DNA from: Vitrella brassicaformis CCMP3155
Taxonomy: Eukaryota > Protista > Chromerida
Direction: 5' to 3'
Assembly (NCBI GenBank): GCA_001179505.1
Contig: CDMY01000311.1
Span: forward strand, 62,001 to 126,000
DNA: 64,000 nucleotides
The notes under the pieces are model-generated. The model ran no database searches. It worked only from the letters and a program-made list of their open reading frames with translations, and had not been told where the DNA came from. Position 1 is the stretch's first letter. Each line of letters starts with the position of its first letter. Positions 38,101-48,219 of this stretch are shown in pieces. The translations under genes and the position numbers were made by a program.

Positions 38101-39055
38101 CCACAGGGAGGGAACTTAGGGACACCACACCCAACGCATCCAGGAGCACCTACCTTTTGGCTTGTCGAGCCCCAGCCGCGTGCCCTGCCCGCCAGCCATG
38201 ATCACCGCAGCAACTGCAGACCACAGCACACCATCACCAACACAGCCAATTGATTGACACACTCGGGGGCGCGGCATATATGCATCTCAGCGAGGCCCTT
38301 CCCTCCCCTGCACCGCACCCTCTCCATTTGCGATGTGGTAGAGTCCCTTCCGATGCCATTCCAGTAGCCGCTTCTCCGGCACCTCTGACACCTTGGTCAA
38401 ACTACACGACCTGGTTGATCCATTCATGCATTCATCAAATCATTCAACTCACGTGTGTCATGGATGCGACGTGTGTGTGTGTGCGTGTGTGCGAGTGAGT
38501 TACTCACTTGAGGCCGGGTGTCTTTTTGGTTTCCCAGTTGAGTATGGTGGGCGGCCGCATCTCCCACCCCTGGTCCATATCCTCACGGCCGACAGCCTCG
38601 TCAAATATCTGCCGACAGACACCACCGAAGCGAAGCAGCACAAACAGGCCAACAGGGAGGGGCACATCAGTCATGTGCAGTCCAACTGCACTGCAGCAAG
38701 GTGATTGTTTTCGCCTGGCTGACCGCCTCCATCTCATCGATGTCGACGGCCTCTACATCTTCTACCAACACCTGCAGCCGGCCCGTCCCACAACAAGTTT
38801 GAAAGGGGAAACAAGGCAGATCAGCAGCTGGCGGTGCAGCCTGCTTGCTTCCTTCGAAGCGCTTTGGTCATTTCTCACCCTTCGCTCCTCGGCGTCGAGC
38901 TCATCGAAGAACTGATAGATGTGCTGCTGACTCCGGGCGGACAGATCCTGTGGACAATCACAGAAACACAAGCGAGAGAAGCACTATTTCTTCGCCCGTT
39001 CTGCGTCCGTCCTTACCAGTTGGTGCTCTTGTCCGGATCTTTGCGTGGCGCTCAT
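35149..39055 (-). CDS. UAP1: UDP-N-acetylglucosamine pyrophosphorylase
   Basis: AVIMAGGQGTRLGLDKPK, LYIMTSPINHEDTVDFF, HVFSVDNVLCKVADPLFVG, EKVGVF, VVEYSEL, SGNIANHYF, NGIKLELFIFDCF, EFAPVKNA. Confidence 0.95.
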
Positions 39056-39131
39056 CTCGTTGGTGCAGCACATGCTGGACCGCAGAAATCTTGACAAACC
39101 TGAGCCACCCATCGCCTCCTCCCCTCCTCGA

Positions 39132-39139
39132 AGCTCGCA
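39132..39139 (+). promoter_or_regulatory. AGCTCGCA motif in a 119-bp bidirectional spacer
   Basis: Lies between the UAP1 ATG (39055) and the methyltransferase ATG (39175). Confidence 0.55.
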
Positions 39140-39174
39140 AATGGGGCTGGCGGCGAGGGCGGAAAAAACTCATC

Positions 39175-40162
39175 ATGATCCCTCGAGACAATCAGCAATA
39201 CGCCAAGAGGGAGTACTGGGACGAACGGTGTGCCAGATCTGGCGGGAATGCGTTTCCATTCATCTGCTTCCTTTCCCTCTGCCTCAGGTTCGCATCTGAG
39301 GAGAGCTACGAATGGTTGGTGTCATTCGATGGCGTCAAAGGGCAGCTGACGCCTCTGCTGCGGGAACAAGATGACATCTTGGTCGTTGGTAAGCCACGCA
39401 CAGAGAACAGTTAACCACTCACAGAGTCACACACATCCCGCCATCTCTCTCTCTCCTTGTTTGAAGGCTGCGGCAACTCGAGCTTCTCGGCTGACCTGTT
39501 CGATGCCGGCTATCGTCACGTCACGAGCATCGACTACTCATCGAGGGTCATCGAGCGCATGACGGCCCGGTACCCTCAGCTCAAGTGGCTGTGTGCCGAC
39601 ATGACGAAGCTCGAGGACAGCTTCCCTGCCGGCAGTTTCGATGTCGTCATCGACAAGGCCGCGATGGACGGTACCACTTACTAAGGATATGGTAACACGC
39701 AGTGACTGGGATGCATTCCAGAGGGCCTGACCGGTAGCCGTGATTGGTGGTTTACGCAGCGTTAGTGTGTGAGGAGGGTGACCCGTGGAACCCCAATGAG
39801 AGTGTCGTCCAATCCTGCGACGCCATGTGCAGAGGTACGCAGGGGAGCCGCACACACTCAGTCAAGAACATCGTTAATTGCGGCTGCCTGTGCGAATGTG
39901 TGTAGGTGTGCGGCATGTGCTCAAGCCATCGTCTGCTGGCGACCCGCCCAGCCCTTCTCGGTTCATCCAGATATCGTTCGCACAGCCGCACTTCCGGCGC
40001 CGGTATCTGTTGGGCACTCATGGCAGGCCGAGGGAAGCTGACAAACCGAATGAGGAAGGGCTGCATGTGAGCGAGAAATATCAGTGGACGCTGAGGCATC
40101 AAGACATCGTGTCCGAGAGTGGAGCGTTCAACAACTTTTTATATGTCTGCTGCTGCATGTGA
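39175..40162 (+). CDS. Class I SAM-dependent protein-lysine methyltransferase, EEF1AKMT4/METTL13-N-like
   Basis: YAKREYWDER|F...YEWL, ILVVG|CGNSSFSADL, TSIDYS, CADMTKL, FDVVIDKAAMD|AL...DPW, VLKP...FIQISFAQPHFR. Confidence 0.88.
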
Positions 40163-40358
40163 GGGGTGTATATAATATTGTGTTGTGTGTTGGACTGGCG
40201 GGCTGCTGGTGAGACTTTTAATTGTGTTGTGATGTGAATCGATTGAATGCACAATCACGCACCGCCAGTCGTCTTTCACTTCCACCAGCGCTCATGTATG
40301 TATCGTATTGTCAGTCAGCTCTGTGTCAGTCAGTCCATCCATTCATCCGTCCGTCGAT

Positions 40359-41529
40359 TCACTGCTGCAGGTGCACTGTGACGTCGTCGATGCCCCACGA
40401 GACGATGTCGGCATTGGACTCAGTCAGCGTCGAACCAAACACCTGCACACACACACATACGCACACACACAGACACGGCTGCATTCATTGTTGTGCTGGT
40501 GTGTGTGTGTCTCGTGTGGTGCTGACGAGGTTGAGTGTTGGTGTGCAGTGCGGGATGGTGACGTCGACAAGGACACTGAGCCGGTCGGGCTGACTGGCGC
40601 CGCACACATTCACGCCGAACTCACGGCAAGTCAAAGTGGTCATGGTGGGGCACTGCATGAATCCACAGTCATCCATCCATCCATCACACCCACACATGGA
40701 TGCGGTGCATTCGCTGCTTCTCTCTCTCTCACAGTGACTGACCCAGTTGTGTGAGCGTGCCCACACGATGTTGTTGCCGGCCTTCAGGTACACACTCTCG
40801 CCCGTCCACCTCCACACACCAATGCAGTGCACACGTCCATTTGCATGTCGTGTGGTATGTATGGGTGGCTGATGTTCCCACTCACCTGTCGAAGTAGTGT
40901 ATGCGTGCAGTGATTTTGACGTGTCTGTGTGGCGGGAGGTTCTTGTACAGACGCGACACGCTGCCCCTCGCCAGTTTGCCGAGGAAGACATCCGTCGAGC
41001 CGCACGTCGACCGGTCAGCCCGATCCCACTGATTCACACCATCCTACACACAAACCAACACAGTCGATTGCCAAGTGGCGCTGTGTCTCTCTCTGCGTGT
41101 GTGTGTCATACTTGCCATGGTGTCGAGTGAGAAGAGTGAGAAGGGCGTGTTGCGGTGGACCATCAACTCGCCATTGTCCATGATCTTCAGCATTCCGGCC
41201 ACCTTGACGCTCGCGGCAATCGTCGTGGCCACGTCGCTCACATTGAACACAACGACGTCCTGGTCCTCTCGACGAAAGAGCAACTCACTGTTCTCGCTGA
41301 GCAGCTCGAGAGGCGCCAATGACGGACTCGCGTCACTCACAAACTCTGCATGCACGAATGACACAACCACAATCCCATGAGTGTGTCTTTGTGTTTGTGC
41401 CTGTGTGTGTGTCTCTCGCTAACCCATGCGAACGATGTTGGCTGCGTCAGGCCGGATGGTGATGCCACAGTCGACATGGCGACAGAACGAGGCGACACAC
41501 ACCAAAGCGACAAGCACACGTGCACTCAT
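40359..41529 (-). CDS. Secreted hypothetical protein with a C-terminal beta-rich domain ending SWGIDDV
   Basis: Signal peptide MSARVLVALVCVASFCRHVDC. The spliced frame gives YKNLPPHRHVKITARIHYFDR|WTGESVYLK...GVNVCG...VDVTIPH...FGSTL...SWGIDDVTV and requires a GC-AG intron at 41029-41115. Confidence 0.75.
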
Positions 41530-41870
41530 CACAGCTGCAGTGTTTGTTTGTGTGACTGAGTTGATTGATTCTGTGCCGTGGCTGTTGCGTCGTGTTTGCT
41601 TGTCCGTTTGCATACATACGTATGATTAAAGTTGTGTGAAAATAATGTGTATACAACTGTAATTGATTTTCACTCTCCTGCCCGTATTCCGTCATCGCAA
41701 GGGCTGCACCGCCATAGTCGATATTCGTCCTTCGCCGGGTGGGTGCATGGACTGATGGCAGACAGGCAGACAGACCGTCGATTCAGCTAGACAAGCGATG
41801 GTTGGCTCTTCTCCCTGTTGCCCCTCTTCTCCCTCCTCCCCTCTTCGATAAATTTACAATCCTGTGGCTA

Positions 41871-41895
41871 AGCTCGCAGCTGTGACCGCGCGAAA
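41871..41895 (+). promoter_or_regulatory. AGCTCGCA motif plus an E2F-like GCGCGAAA upstream of the LHC gene
   Basis: AGCTCGCA at 41871-41878 and GCGCGAAA at 41888-41895, ~80-105 bp before the ATG at 41976. Confidence 0.45.
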
Positions 41896-41975
41896 GATCT
41901 AAGGCGTTGGACTCATCACTGCTCTACCAAGGCAGCCAGGGGAGATCCGGACACCGGCCAGGAGCAGCAGCAGTG

Positions 41976-42704
41976 ATGCGCCAGCTCATCTCCCTCGTCG
42001 TGGCGACCCTCTGCCTCGCTCACCATGCTGCTGCATTCGTCCCCTCCCCTCTTCTCAAGACCTCTTCATCACAGCCCCAGCAGCGGTCGTCGTCCCGGCT
42101 CACCCCCCAGATGCTGCAGCTGAAAGGCGAGGCGTCCACAGCGCTTCCCTTCCTTCGCAGGCCGCCAGCGCTCGACGGCTCGCTGCCCGGCGACGTGGGA
42201 TTTGATCCCGTGGGATTTTCCTCGCTCGACAAGAACTCTGACGGCAACCCGGGTTTGGATTTCTACTGGTTCAGGGAGGCGGAGATCAAGCACGGGCGGA
42301 TCGCGATGCTTGCCACGGCGGGGATCCTGTTTGTGGAGCTGGTGGGAACGATGCCCTTCTTCCCCTACCCCAACAAGAGCCAGATGGACGTCTTCTGGGA
42401 CGTCTACCGGGACAAACCCGCCCTGATCTTCTTCTCCATCATCATGATTGCCGTCATGGAGATCACTTCCGGATTCGCTATCACGGCGGGGCGCGAGAGC
42501 GGTCTGAGGGAGCCGGGCGACTTCAAGTTCGACCCTTTGGGCTTCGCCAAGAACAAGTCGCCCGAGGCCATGAAGACCATGGCCACCAAGGAGGTCAAGA
42601 ACGGCCGGCTGGCTATGCTCGCGGCGGCAGGCATGATCCTCCAGGGGCTCGCCACACACAAGGGGTGCCTGGAAAACCTGAGCTCTGCGCTCACGGGCAA
42701 GTAG
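41976..42704 (+). CDS. Light-harvesting complex protein (red-lineage LHC), intronless, bipartite plastid targeting
   Basis: Signal peptide ending AAA-F (ASAF-type cleavage); PGDVGFDPVG, REAEIKHGRIAMLA and KEVKNGRLAMLA chlorophyll-binding helices. Confidence 0.97.
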   Translation: MRQLISLVVATLCLAHHAAAFVPSPLLKTSSSQPQQRSSSRLTPQMLQLKGEASTALPFLRRPPALDGSLPGDVGFDPVGFSSLDKNSDGNPGLDFYWFREAEIKHGRIAMLATAGILFVELVGTMPFFPYPNKSQMDVFWDVYRDKPALIFFSIIMIAVMEITSGFAITAGRESGLREPGDFKFDPLGFAKNKSPEAMKTMATKEVKNGRLAMLAAAGMILQGLATHKGCLENLSSALTGK

Positions 42705-42999
42705 AGCGAGCGATGGTGTGTGTATGGATGGATGAAGGGCGAAAAGGGGGCCACGACAGATTTTCGAGAGTGCTGTTTTTGCTCGTGATATGATGGTGTA
42801 CACAGTCAGTGGGGGTGGGTGGGTGCTCTCGGGTGGTGGTGGTGGATTGATTGATAGCTGGTTTTGTCTGCGCGTGAGCGCGACTGACTGACTGACTGAC
42901 TGATGGACAATGAAACTCTCGATGAGACCGTAGTGCGCGCGCGCGATTGATGACAGAGAGAATTTTTCGCCTGTGAAATGACATGTCTTGGAAGCAAAT

Positions 43000-44550
43000 T
43001 CATTCACTCATCAATCTGTCCACACACACCAACACAACACGTTCATCGGTCTCTCCTTACCTCACGACATACACGAGCGAGCGCCGACCGACACTTCCTC
43101 CCATCCACCCAACACAAACAGGCAGATAGACAGAGACTCATGCAGGACCAACCTGACCTCGCTTGTTTATCTCTCCTGACATAAAGACTGACCGACGGAC
43201 GCAAAACATACCACCACACGCGCAACGCACACGAGAAAGCTTCAGTCGTTATGCACGCCCACATGCATTCAGGCAGGCAGGCAGGCAGGCAGTGAGTGCT
43301 TAAATAGTCAGTCAGTCGCGGTCACCGATAGAGCGACGCCTCCAGCTAGACACGCACGCACGCACGCACACGAAGGCACCGTATGGTATGCATGCATACA
43401 GGAGGGGAGGAGGAAAAAACATCTCTCTGGATGTGATATGTGATGTGATGCAGATCGATAGAACTCGTTCGCCTAAATCCCACACTTACGGCCTAATGGA
43501 TTATCATCCATTGCTCTCTCTTCACTTCTCTCTCTCTGTGCGACAGCCATCTGCCAGTCAGTCGGTCGATAGAGCCAGCCAGCCAAAGAAAACCGACGTA
43601 CGGGTGCTGTGCTGGTGAGACGAAAACCACAAAAAGGTGTACAATGCAATGCATGCACCGCAGACAGACAGACACCGATCAGACCAAGGAAAAGCAGGAA
43701 AAGCGGCCGATGCTGCAGACAGACAGCTAGGTATGTACTATAAAGCGCCCGAGGGCCCGTGTTGACCGGATGGGTGAACGACATTTGGCTGACTGCCCGT
43801 GGGTGAGGTGACCCAACCCGACTCATACATACAAATATGTATGCGCTGTGCTGTGCTGTGCTCGTCCCGCCCTCTCTCCCGCCCGACCACCCCACCCTCC
43901 TCGTTGACCCGACGGATGGGAAAATCGCCCGAGTGGCGTGGATGCATGCTGATCTATCTGCGCATCGCATGCAGGCACGCCACTCTCTCCGGCACCACAC
44001 ACGCTTACACACATGTACAGAGACACCGCACACGTAGACACACATGGATGCATCGACGGACATGAAACACACGTCTGATCAGCCAACCAAGCGACCGACC
44101 GACATACAGACACCAAAAACCTCTTTCTCTCTCTCCCCAATCAAGCTGACCTCAACCAACGAAACCCTGAGAGACTGCACCCACCCACCCTTGCCCCTCT
44201 CTCTGTCTCTCTCTGGTGGACACATTCGATCGAAAGACACACACGTGCTCAGCTCAACATGAAGGTCTGTCTGGCGAGAAAAAGAGAGATGAGGGAGGGA
44301 GGGAGAGAGGGAGGGAGGGGGGGCAAGAGGGACGATACAGCACAGCCAAGCTAGAGAGGCCGCAAGGATGGTGTGTAGGCATCGTGAGCATGTGTCAGGC
44401 AATGTGTGTACGTACGTATGAGCGTCGCTCAGTCCGGCAGGCCAGGCCAGGCCAGGCCGTTTACAGAAAGTAGTACGGGTAGTATGGAAAATTGAAAGCT
44501 CACTACGCACGCACACAACACACCAAGTCATGCCATGCATCCCATCCACT
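43000..44550. repeat. Microsatellite-rich intergenic/3' UTR spacer between the convergent LHC and secreted-protein genes
   Basis: Runs of CA, GACA, GGCA, GCAC and GGAG; no coherent coding exons. Confidence 0.55.
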
Positions 44551-44637
44551 CGTCACGCTAAGATGATGTCCTGCATACACACACACACAGACACTCGCGA
44601 GGTGTCCATGTGTATGCCTCTCTTTCTCTGCACTCAC

Positions 44638-47600
44638 TCAGCTGACCTCGGTAGCGGGTGGCCTGGGGTAGTATGCATTGGCAAACCTGTTGTCGTCCTC
44701 ATGGCCGCTGAAGGCGTGGCCAATACCGCCATACGAACCTGGCCGATCCATCACACGATCCATCCATGGACAGGACACGCGACAGATGATATGATGCGTG
44801 TGGTGTGCGTGGTTTGATATGCTGTCCGTGTTTGTTGTGGCTGAGCTGACTGATGCGATGCTATGTGGCTGGGCTGGCTGACCTTGGAATACTTCCTTTG
44901 GTGACTTTGGCAGGCACGCGCCGTTGTAGCATTTGGTGCCGTCGGGGCACTGCACCCACCGGCACTTAAAGTCCTCGCTCCCCTGCACACATCACATCAC
45001 ACGAAAACAGAGCACCCCACTCCCTCCCTCTCTCGCAGTCTGTGTGGGCTGGGCTGGGCTGGGATGTGCTGGGTGTGTGGGTGCCTTCATTTGTTTTGTT
45101 TGTACCATGTTGCCGACTTGGTCTTTGTTCTTGCATATCCCATAGGAGCACACCTGGTCGTCGGGGCACTTGACGAACTTGCAGAAGGTCTCGTTGTTGT
45201 TGGGGCCAGGCGGAGCGGGCGCCTGCTCGGCACCGACCTCTGCCACCACACACAAACACATACGTGCGGAACGGAATCATCAGCCAGCCATTCCATCCAT
45301 CCCATGCATCCGTGTAGAACACCCACCAGCAGCACTCAGCAAGGTGTTGGCCGCCAGCGACACAGTGCCTTTCGCCATGGCCTCGGATGCCGCGGCGAAC
45401 GAGCCCTCCTCCTCCTTAGGCCCCTCCGACTCGTCAGCGACCTCGTCGAGCTTCTTCTCGATCTTGTCGGCGTCGCTCTCCTTCTCGCCTTCGCCCTCCT
45501 CCTCCTTCTCCTTCTCTTCCTTCTCTTTCGCTGGAGCGCTGGCGCCAGGGATGTACTGCGAATAACCGCCTGCACCACCTGTGTAGTGAGTGCATGCAGA
45601 GAGGCAGAAGGAAGAAGACGTCATGTGTATGAGGAGGGGGGGGGGGGCCTTCGGGGTAGTTACCTTGTCCGCCCATGAATTTGCTGTAGTCGAATCCGCC
45701 TGCGCCGCCTGGCAATGCGAGCGAGAGAAGGAGGGTATCCATCGGATGGACGGATGGCTGTCTCGTCTCTCTCTCTCTCTGTGTATGGGGGAGGGGGTAC
45801 CTTGGCCGCCTTGCCCGCCCATGAACTGGCTGTAGTCGAACCCGCCTGGGGCGCCGCCGCCGCCAGTGTTGTTGCCACCTAATCACAGGTAGATAGACAG
45901 ACACAAAGACGCACCACCACACAACTAACCAATGGCTGAGAATCCGTGTCTGTGTCCGGTGCGCGGTCTGGCGTTAACACCTCCCATGTATGGTGCGGTG
46001 TAGGAGCCCCAGTCGAAGCCGCCCCCAGAGGCTGAGCCCCCGGTGGCCGCACCGCTGCCCTGGCCCGACCCGCTGCCCATCCCGCCGCCGGGGAACTGCG
46101 AGGCCGTGTCCTCACTCGATGCGGCTTCATCAGCCCTAAGACACACGAGAAACAAAGAAGGGTTTGAGAGGAAGCGAGAGAGTACGTCAGTCAGCCAGGT
46201 GTGATGTGATTGATGGTGTGATCTGATGTGCTGGTGGCTGTGCTGTGCTGTGGCTCACTCGGCCATCTGCACGGCTTCGGCGTCCTTCGGTCCTGCTCCC
46301 TTTTTCTTGTGCTTCTTCTCCGGCTGCGGTGCAGCTCCGCCCATGCCGACGGTGAACTGGCTGTAGTCATAGCCGCCATAGCTGGTGCCGCCAGAGCCCC
46401 CCTTCATGTACTGCGAGTAGTCCATGCCCCCATAGCCGCCGGTGCCGCCCTGGCCGGCCTTGGTGTACTGCGAGTAGTCCATCCCGGGGCCTGTGCCGCC
46501 GCCCGAGCCTGAGCCTGGCCCGCCGGAGGGCGACATGTAGCCCTTGGTGTACTGGGAGTAGTCGAAGCCGCCGGGTGCGCTCGCGCTGTCTTCTTTGCTG
46601 CCTTTCTTGGACCTGGAAGGCACATGAACGAATGAAGCACTGATGGATATGCTGCAACGGGTGTGGTGTGCCTGGTGCGTACACAAGGTTGGTGGTCTCT
46701 GGCGGAGTCTTTTCGTCCTTGCCATTGTCGTCCTCGGTGCTCTCACCGCCGCCGGCAGCGGGCTGGCCCCCCGCGCCGCCCATGAACTCGGAGTAGTCGG
46801 GCACGTACTGGCTCCAATCCATCCCGGGGCCGCCACCCATGCTGCCCGGACCTCCACTGACATGTCAAACACAGACAGATACACACATCACATCATCACT
46901 CGTGCGGATGTGGCGGGTGGGTGTGGTGTGGTGTGGGTGGTGTGCTGACCTTGCCCCGTGTGGTCCGGCCTCGCTGCCTCCGCCCCCGACTCCGCCAGTA
47001 CCGCCCCCACCGCCTCCCTTGGAAGTGTCGTTGCCCGACGGCGCACCGCCGCCCGTGCCGCTGCCCATGAAGTGGGAGTAGTCGGGGACGAAATGCTGCC
47101 AATCCGGAACAGCTGAGAAACGGACAGACGCACAGAGGGAAAGGGGGCGTCCATAGAAATCACGGATGGGGGTGTCTTTGGTGTGTGTTTGGTGTGTTCA
47201 GCTCGCCTCGCCCACCTCCTGGTGGTGGTCCGCCCTGGCCGCCTTCGGGCGATGGGGTGGTTTCCTCCTCGGCCTCGGGCTCGGCCGCCTCGCCCTTCTC
47301 CTTGGGGGCCTCGCCCTCCTCCTTGGGAGCCTGCTGTGCGAGAGTTGTGGCACTTGACACAGCCTGATAGGGACGGAGAAAGATGAGATGAGTGGATCGG
47401 GTGAGGTGTGTGTGTGTGTGTGTGTGATTCTTTGGTTACGTCCATGACTGCCATTCTGAGGCAGGCGACCTCCATCTCGGCACTGCCCACCTCACTGGGG
47501 CTGCACGGATCTGTCAAGTCAGTGGGAGCCATACACACCAGACACACACGACACGCACCCACATTGTCTGATGGCTTCTGACTGACTCTTGTACTTAACA

Positions 47601-48185
47601 CAACTGAGTGACTCCCTTCCGTCCGTCCGTCCCACTCACTCTGCCTACCTTGGACGTCTGCAAGCGTCATGGGGATGCGTTTCGCCCATGCGTTTGTGAG
47701 AATCCACCTGTTGAAGCTGCCACGGTGACACGCAGCGACCACCGCTGGGTAGGCCGTCGGCTGCACAACACAACACAACGCAACGCAGACAAGGCATGAA
47801 TGCCTTGCTTGTATGTATCGCTAAGCGCATGCATTACCACCACGCTGCACTCAGCAAACACGAGGTCCACGGCCTCTGCAGCTGCACCGCACCGGGTGAA
47901 GACGTCACAGACATCAATCACACACAGTAAGTAGCGTCACACACATTGTTGTGTCTGTCTGTGTGTCACCCACCACCCTCGAAAGAGGCTCATTGGCTCA
48001 CCGGTTTTCGGCTCTCTGCTCTTCATCGCCGCCTTGCGGTAGTCCTTGGGCACGTACTCGCCGAACTCCTTGGGCGACATCTCGCCGTGGCTCTTGGCCG
48101 AGTACTCGGGCATCGAAGACACCAACTCGGTGGCACCGGATGTGGCAGAGGGCGCCTCACCTGCCACACACACACCGACACTCAG

Positions 48186-48219
<34 letters not shown>

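Noticed and set aside
41976-42704. Intronless LHC as a possible retrogene or foreign insert
   Set aside because: It has the local promoter motif and a normal bipartite leader. Intron-poor LHC genes are not surprising, and no poly-A remnant or target-site duplication was seen.
43000-44550. Many 60-200 aa ORFs rich in C/V/H/T across the window
   Set aside because: They are translations of CA/TG, GACA and GGAT microsatellites in introns and spacers.
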